A stretch of DNA of 64,000 nt from an uncultured Pseudomonadales bacterium (lineage in GTDB: Bacteria > Pseudomonadota > Gammaproteobacteria > Pseudomonadales > Azotimanducaceae). Below are positions 58,661 through 64,000 of this stretch, piece after piece. The stretch spans positions 2,782 to 66,781 of the forward strand of contig CAJJAX010000036.1 in assembly GCA_905182155.1 (NCBI GenBank). The letters run 5' to 3'. Below the pieces are notes generated by a model that was given only the letters and a program-made list of their open reading frames with translations, was not told where the DNA came from and made no database searches. A program made the translations under genes and the position numbers. Position 1 is the stretch's first letter. Each line of letters opens with the position of its first letter.

Positions 58661-59818
58661 ATGCCTGAAGCCAGCGACATTACCGATATCCGTCACGCCG
58701 TCCGGCAACTGTGTGCGAAATTTGGGGAGTCCTATTGGCTCGAACTCGATCGAGACAGAGGCTATCCCACAGAATTTGTTCAAGCCCTTACCGACAGCGG
58801 CTTCCTGACCGTTTTGATTCCCGAAGTGTACGGCGGCTCTGGTCTTGGGGTCTTTGAGGCCGCCATCATCATGGAAGAAGTCTGCCGCTCCGGCGCCCAT
58901 GCTGGCGCCTGTCATGCGCAGATGTACGTCATGGGCTCGGTGTTACGGCACGGTAGCGATGCTCAAAAACAGCATTATTTGCCCAAAATTGCCGCCGGCG
59001 AACTGCGGCTTCAAAGCTTCGGGGTGACTGAACCCACAACCGGCACCGATACCACCAGCCTTAAAACCACAGCGCGACTGGATGGGGATCACTATGTCGT
59101 GAATGGCCAAAAGGTGTGGATCAGCAGAATAGAGCATTCAGATTTAATGGTGCTACTGGCGCGCACGACCCCAAAGGAAGAGACCAATAAGAAAACTGAA
59201 GGTTTGTCGGCCTTCATCGTTGATGTCGGCAAAGCCGTCGGCAATGGACTCGAGATCAGGCCTATTGATTCCATGATCAATCACCACTCGTGCGAATTGT
59301 TTTTCGACGATTTGAAGATTCCTCGTGAAAACCTCCTGGGCGTTGAAGGACAAGGCTTTAAAGTTATTTTAGATGGCATGAACGCAGAGCGAATTCTGAT
59401 CGCCGCTGAATGCGTCGGCGATGGCCGTTACTTCATCGACAAGGCCAGCCGGTACGCTACCGACCGGATCGTCTTCGACCGTCCGATCGGTCAAAATCAA
59501 GGGGTGCAGTTTCCCATTGCGAGATGCTATGCAGAAGTCGAAGCCGCGTGGTTAATGGTCGAAAAAGCGGCTCACCTATTTGATGCAGGCGACGCTTGTG
59601 GCGCCGAAGCCAACATGGCGAAAATGTTGGCCTCCGAAGCCTCCTGGCGTGCGGGCGACGTGTGTATGCAGACCCATGGCGGCTTTGCATTTGCCAAGGA
59701 ATATCATATTGAACGCAAGTTTCGGGAAACTCGTCTTTATCAAATCGCGCCCATCTCAACCAATTTGATTTTGAGTTTCATCGGCGAACATGTCCTTAAA
59801 ATGCCGCGGTCTTTTTAG
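58661..59818 (+). CDS. Acyl-CoA dehydrogenase
   Basis: 385-aa ORF with FGVTEPTTGTDTTS and the C-terminal FRETRLYQIAPISTNLILSFIGEHVL. Confidence 0.9.
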   Translation: MPEASDITDIRHAVRQLCAKFGESYWLELDRDRGYPTEFVQALTDSGFLTVLIPEVYGGSGLGVFEAAIIMEEVCRSGAHAGACHAQMYVMGSVLRHGSDAQKQHYLPKIAAGELRLQSFGVTEPTTGTDTTSLKTTARLDGDHYVVNGQKVWISRIEHSDLMVLLARTTPKEETNKKTEGLSAFIVDVGKAVGNGLEIRPIDSMINHHSCELFFDDLKIPRENLLGVEGQGFKVILDGMNAERILIAAECVGDGRYFIDKASRYATDRIVFDRPIGQNQGVQFPIARCYAEVEAAWLMVEKAAHLFDAGDACGAEANMAKMLASEASWRAGDVCMQTHGGFAFAKEYHIERKFRETRLYQIAPISTNLILSFIGEHVLKMPRSF

Positions 59819-59821
59819 GGC

Positions 59822-60637
59822 TTATCCGTTGGGATTTGGCGTGAACGCATCACCCACCTGAATCCGACCGGTGTCCCGTGGCGCAATATAGGTGCCAAAC
59901 ATCACGCCGCCGGCATACCCGTTATCTCGTCGTCGATAGCGGCTCAGCGTTCGCAGCGGTTCTTTGCTGGCGGTCTCGGAAGCTTGATCAAAGGTCGTCA
60001 CCGCGCAGCGCTCACAGGCCGTAACTTGTTCAAAGGACAGCTCGCCAAGGGTAAGCACCGCAATATCATCTTCGGCGTATGGATCAAGCCCCGAGACGAC
60101 GATATTCGCTCGAAATCGATCCATCGGTATGGGGGCTTCCAGGCGCTGGTTTAAATCATCGAGCGACGCTTGATTGGCTAAAAGCAACGGCGCGACATCC
60201 ACGGTTTTTGACTGCACCGTGCCTTCGAGGCGCGCAAAAACCGGCAGCGGAATCGATATGGCCTCGCCCGATGCCGCTTTCACCAAGCGCAACGGTTTGC
60301 CGAAAACCTCAGTGAGCCACAGCGCAACCGGTTCACCAAGATCGATCACGGCCACTGTTCTACCGATCAACGGCATCGGCTCGGATTGCGGACATTCCTC
60401 AAACGGTACTCGAAAGGAGTCGCCGCCTTTGAACGACAAGGTCAGCTCCCCCGCTTGCCAAATAGCTGACAGATCTTTGAGCGCCGGCAGACTTTTTTGG
60501 CTTTGCGGTTGCCCGGCGTCGGTTACAACAAATTGTCGATCGCCCTCAAAACCCTCTGTGGTAACATCAGCCGCTTCAAGGGTTTGACCCCGACACCCCT
60601 TGATCGGGTAAATCCATAAACTGTCAACGCGCATCAC
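59822..60637 (-). CDS. MOSC-domain protein (MOSC_N beta-barrel plus MOSC; YcbX-like)
   Basis: 271-aa ORF starting MRVDSLWIYPIKGCRGQ, with RFRANIVV and a conserved Cys in VTACERCAVT. Confidence 0.8.
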   Translation of the reverse strand: MMRVDSLWIYPIKGCRGQTLEAADVTTEGFEGDRQFVVTDAGQPQSQKSLPALKDLSAIWQAGELTLSFKGGDSFRVPFEECPQSEPMPLIGRTVAVIDLGEPVALWLTEVFGKPLRLVKAASGEAISIPLPVFARLEGTVQSKTVDVAPLLLANQASLDDLNQRLEAPIPMDRFRANIVVSGLDPYAEDDIAVLTLGELSFEQVTACERCAVTTFDQASETASKEPLRTLSRYRRRDNGYAGGVMFGTYIAPRDTGRIQVGDAFTPNPNG

Positions 60638-60681
60638 TTGCCTCCCATGAGCCTATTCACCAATCGATAAGATAGTCCACC

Positions 60682-61449
60682 ATGAGCCAGACCGCCACGA
60701 ATAATACCAGCGTCACCATCTTGGAACGATTTCGTGGCCCCCCAACCTCAGGACATGGCGGTTACGTCAGTGGTCGATTTGCAGCGTTTGGCGATCTTGC
60801 CCCGAGCGAAAGTGCTGAAGTGACCCTGCGCTCCCCCATTCCACTTGATCAATCGATGTCGGCGCTTTTCGAGGCCGACAATCCGCGTACTTGCCGGATT
60901 CAGGACCAGGATACCCTGATTGCTGAAGTGCGGGGCGTGATGCTCGACTTAGACGTCCCGGCGCCACCCGACTGGTCTGAAACCCTCGCAGCCGCGCCGC
61001 GATCAGCCGCGCTGATGCCCAACATCAACCCGCTCTTGCCTGGCCAGCAAGGTTTTCATCCGATCTGTTTTTGTTGTGGCCCCGAGCATCCTGAAGGACT
61101 GAGAATTTTCGTCGCCCCGGTAGATCGTCAAGTTTCTGGGATCTGGGAAACCCAGGCCCATTGGGGGGATGCCGCAGGGAACCTACCGCACGCGTTCATC
61201 TGGACCGCGCTCGATTGCCCTGGGCAGTATGCCTTTCTGGCGGAAGGTATTCGCACCGGTCTGCTGGGCCGCATGACGGCCAAAGTACTCACAGCCCCAA
61301 GGGCCGGCGCCCGGCTACAAGTGACCGCCTGGACCATTGAGGTTTCCGGCAAAAAGCACCTAGCAGGTTCTGCTCTATTCGATGAACGGCAAACCCTTTT
61401 GGCCTATGCCACAACCCTTTGGATTGGCAGACAACCCTTAACGCTCTAG
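60682..61449 (+). CDS. Hypothetical protein, possibly hotdog-fold thioesterase-like
   Basis: 255-aa ORF. FHPICFCCGPEHPEGLRIF resembles the CF.CG..NP.GL motif of some PaaI-like hotdog proteins. The rest is unassigned. Confidence 0.4.
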   Translation: MSQTATNNTSVTILERFRGPPTSGHGGYVSGRFAAFGDLAPSESAEVTLRSPIPLDQSMSALFEADNPRTCRIQDQDTLIAEVRGVMLDLDVPAPPDWSETLAAAPRSAALMPNINPLLPGQQGFHPICFCCGPEHPEGLRIFVAPVDRQVSGIWETQAHWGDAAGNLPHAFIWTALDCPGQYAFLAEGIRTGLLGRMTAKVLTAPRAGARLQVTAWTIEVSGKKHLAGSALFDERQTLLAYATTLWIGRQPLTL

Positions 61450-61465
61450 ACAATCCCAGGATCCG

Positions 61466-62080
61466 CTAAGCCAACTGCATCGCACGCCAAGCCGTTTGAC
61501 CCATCGAGACCGCCGAACGGGTAAAGAGTGCGAGTAACAGCACGGCCACAATCAGGTCCGGATAGGCCGATCCCGTCCAGTAGACTAAGACAGCCGTCAC
61601 AATCACCCCAAAGCCCTCGAACACATCATTTCGGGAGCACTCCCAGACTGACGCCATATTGACGTCGTCTAAGCGATGCGGCGTCAGAAGCATCAGACAG
61701 ACCCCGTTCGCCAGAAAGTTTAAGACCGCGGCAAGGCCCATTGTTGCAACGATTGGCGTCTCTGGGCTCAACCCCTTCATCACCAATTGCATTAAAACGG
61801 CAACCGCCGCGACGCCAATCAAAACACTTTTAAAGAGTGCCGCCTTCGCTTTGACTTGCACGCTCGCGCCGACAACCGCAAAACTCACCATATAGGCTAA
61901 TGCATCACCGAAGTTATCGAGGGTGCCAGAAAGCAGCGCGGATGATCCGCTCATCACGGATCCAGCAACCATCATGAGAAACGTCGCGATATTGATCAGC
62001 ATCACCCAGATTAAGACTCGACGCTGCCGAGCGTGCAAACCGCTGACCTCTAGCAACTCATCACAGCAACCCTGACTCAT
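61466..62080 (-). CDS. Cation diffusion facilitator (CDF) family transporter, membrane domain only
   Basis: 204-aa ORF with six hydrophobic segments. LSGTLDNFGDALAY contains the CDF TM2 metal-site Asp pair pattern. Confidence 0.65.
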   Translation of the reverse strand: MSQGCCDELLEVSGLHARQRRVLIWVMLINIATFLMMVAGSVMSGSSALLSGTLDNFGDALAYMVSFAVVGASVQVKAKAALFKSVLIGVAAVAVLMQLVMKGLSPETPIVATMGLAAVLNFLANGVCLMLLTPHRLDDVNMASVWECSRNDVFEGFGVIVTAVLVYWTGSAYPDLIVAVLLLALFTRSAVSMGQTAWRAMQLA

Positions 62081-62210
62081 TGAGGCGCCCTCATCATTGA
62101 ACCCGTTCGGACTTTTATCATATCAAGAACCCAGACCGCCCGCGTGGTTGTATCCCCATCTGAATTCAGCTACAAAGAAATGCTATCGACTGAAGATCTA
62201 GGAAAAAACG

Positions 62211-62466
62211 TTGAAAACCTTACGAAAATCCATCACCCCAGAGGCCAATGACACTTGGGAATCGATTGCCGAGCAGCATCTGCCTTTGCTTGATCACGAA
62301 CAAGCCGTGGCCCAACTCCAAAGCTGGAAACCTGCATATTTTTGCTCGCCGGACCATTAATCAAGGTAAGAATGACGCCGGCACGCAGCCCTCGAACCCG
62401 ATTCTACCGAGTGACATCCTCTTTTTAGAATCACCCCAAACCCAACACGCGGAAGCCTTAAGTTGA
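62211..62466 (+). pseudogene. Small LysM/tail-protein-X-like ORF, frame broken by an extra A in the run at 62328-62330
   Basis: TTG 62211 (after AGGAAA) gives MKTLRKSITPEANDTWESIAEQHLPLLDHEQAVAQLQSW. The +1 frame then continues NLHIFARRTINQGKNDAGTQPSNPILPSDILFLESPQ... The ..DTW.SIA......N...........lP pattern is LysM-like. Low confidence that this is a real gene. Confidence 0.3.
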
Positions 62467-62690
62467 GCGCGACCATCTCAAGGGTAAGCCTAGGCGCCGC
62501 GCACGAAGGTCATGCTGAATTGCTCGTCACCCTTTCTTATGATGATGGTGGTCAGTCGCAAATCCCGCTGGACCCGAAAACTTGTGATCTGCTAATGACG
62601 CGTTGTGCGGCAGCATCGATCGATGATCTCGTGGGTCAAGACTGGACGCACATTCGCGATGCCTTAACCGAATCCTTTAACGGCGCTTAA
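62463..62690 (+). CDS. Hypothetical small protein (75 aa)
   Basis: The TTG start overlaps the preceding stop (TTGA). Composition looks protein-like and it sits 41 nt upstream of the amidohydrolase gene. No recognisable motif. Confidence 0.35.
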   Translation: MSATISRVSLGAAHEGHAELLVTLSYDDGGQSQIPLDPKTCDLLMTRCAAASIDDLVGQDWTHIRDALTESFNGA

Positions 62691-62731
62691 ACTGCCAAGA
62701 AGCTCAAAAGAACAACCCCAGGAGTAATACA

Positions 62732-63880
62732 ATGGACTTAATCATACGAAATGGCACGATTGCCGATGGTTCAGGAAACCCGTTATTTTCAGCCGACATC
62801 GGTATCACAGGCGATCGGATTGAAGCGATCGGTGTGATTACACAGCAAGCTCAGCAAGAAATTGATGCCTCAGGCAAAATCGTCAGCCCAGGGTTTATTG
62901 ATCCCCATACCCATTTTGACGCTCAACTCCTTTGGGATGGCGCCGCAAAACCCGCCATTGAACATGGCGTCACGACCATTGTTCCGGGCAATTGCTCCTT
63001 GTCTTTGGCGCCGCTCAAGGCCGAACATCGGATGAAGCTCGTTGGCATGTTCAACCAAATTGAAGAAATGCCGCACAAAGCTTTTTCCGAGGGTGTGACT
63101 TGGGATTGGGAAACCTTTGAAGAGTTTGTGACGCGTATTAAGAAAGACCTGACCATTAACGTCGCGCCATTAGTCGGCCACAGTGTCTTACGCCTGTGGG
63201 TCATGGGTAACGAATCGATGCATCGCACGGCCACAGCGCAAGAGACTCAAGCCATGCAAGCGCTTTTGAAAGAGTGCCTAGACGCAGGCGCGATCGGCCT
63301 TTCAACCAGCTTCATTGATATGGACGAAACACTTCAGCCAGTGCCGAGCCGCTATGCTGATGCGGCCGAACTTGATGCATTATGCGCTGTGTTGGGACAA
63401 CACAATCGCATACTGCAAGCCGTTCATGAATTTTACGATAACGATATCACCGTGGCGCGAATTGATCAGTTAGCTGACATTAGCCGCAAGCATCACATCA
63501 CAACGACGCTCTCGCCGCTTTTCCTGAATGCCGACAATGCCGATGGCGTCGCGGCCATTATGGCGCGGGTTGATGAACAGATGGCCCGCGGCGCGAAAGT
63601 CTGGCCACAGGTCCAAACCCGCCCAATCGACATCAGCTTCTCGTTTGAGGTTCCGAGTTTGTTATTCATGCGCCTGCCAACTTGGTACGGTCTCATCCGG
63701 TTTGGCACCAAGGCCGACATCCTCGCAGCCCTGCTTGATCCAACCCGCCGTGCCGCGCTGACGCAAGAAGCTCGGCCCATGATGCCGCTCTGGTCCGCTT
63801 TGGTCTTACGTCGTGTTCAGTCCGAAGCCAACGCCCAATTAATCGGTAAAACCCTCACTGAGATTGCCAGTGCCCGCAAG
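62732..63880 (+). CDS. N-acyl-D-amino-acid deacylase-like amidohydrolase (N-terminal ~380 aa; the native C-terminus is missing)
   Basis: Not in the ORF track because there is no stop before the window end. ATG 62732 follows AGGAG. Reads [17 protein letters not shown]...[19 protein letters not shown] (metal-binding HxH), then ...[11 protein letters not shown]...[27 protein letters not shown] translated it by hand with no stops. Confidence 0.8.
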
Positions 63881-64000
63881 CGTGGCATTCCGGTGGTGCG
63901 TCGCGCTGAAATGCTTGCTGAATTGATGCGGTATCGCCATGGTGTTGCCATCGCCGGCACGCATGGCAAAACCACCACTACCAGTTTGATTACCGCAATC
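63881..64000 (+). other. murC: Internal fragment of UDP-N-acetylmuramate--L-alanine ligase (MurC), in frame with the preceding amidohydrolase ORF
   Basis: [40 protein letters not shown] matches roughly residues 100-140 of MurC, including the Mur-ligase P-loop GTHGKTTT. No MurC N-terminal domain precedes it. Confidence 0.85.

Noticed and set aside
62211-62466. Prophage remnant, suggested by the tail-protein-X/LysM-like small ORF
   Set aside because: There is no integrase, capsid, tail, terminase or att-like repeat anywhere nearby. LysM-like modules are common outside phages.

Overview
Gene-dense, moderate-GC bacterial chromosome segment with about 50 protein genes. I found no rRNA, tRNA, CRISPR array, transposase or integrase. 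Several products look gammaproteobacterial (class II IlvC, ModF, YgiQ, YfcG-type GST, Bax-like glucosaminidase, MurC); that taxonomic call is an inference. The main feature is a coenzyme F420 module. A translationally coupled minus-strand operon npdG-cofE-cofD-cofC-fbiC lies at 23680-29371. Five luciferase-like (LLM) oxidoreductase paralogues sit around it, interleaved with acyl-CoA genes: CoA-transferase, two acyl-CoA synthetases, thiolase, enoyl-CoA hydratase, SDRs, two acyl-CoA dehydrogenases, two hotdog thioesterases and an APH-type kinase. Other content includes GTP-PEPCK, IlvD, a large TonB-dependent receptor, and transporters of the APC, MFS, GPH, SNF and CDF classes. There is also an unusual metallo-beta-lactamase protein with tandem cyclic-nucleotide-binding domains, and a TrmY-like SPOUT methyltransferase that is rare in bacteria. 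Seven reading frames are broken by frameshifts, two of them also by in-frame TGA: an LLM gene, fbiC, an acyl-CoA synthetase, an MFE-2-like SDR, modF, ilvC and a small ORF. This points to either error-prone sequence or real gene decay. At about 63880 a D-aminoacylase-like ORF switches in frame into an internal MurC fragment, which suggests a chimeric junction or rearrangement. Several starts were moved from the ORF-track maximum to downstream ATGs with good Shine-Dalgarno spacing. All family assignments come from motifs I read in the translations; no database search was run.
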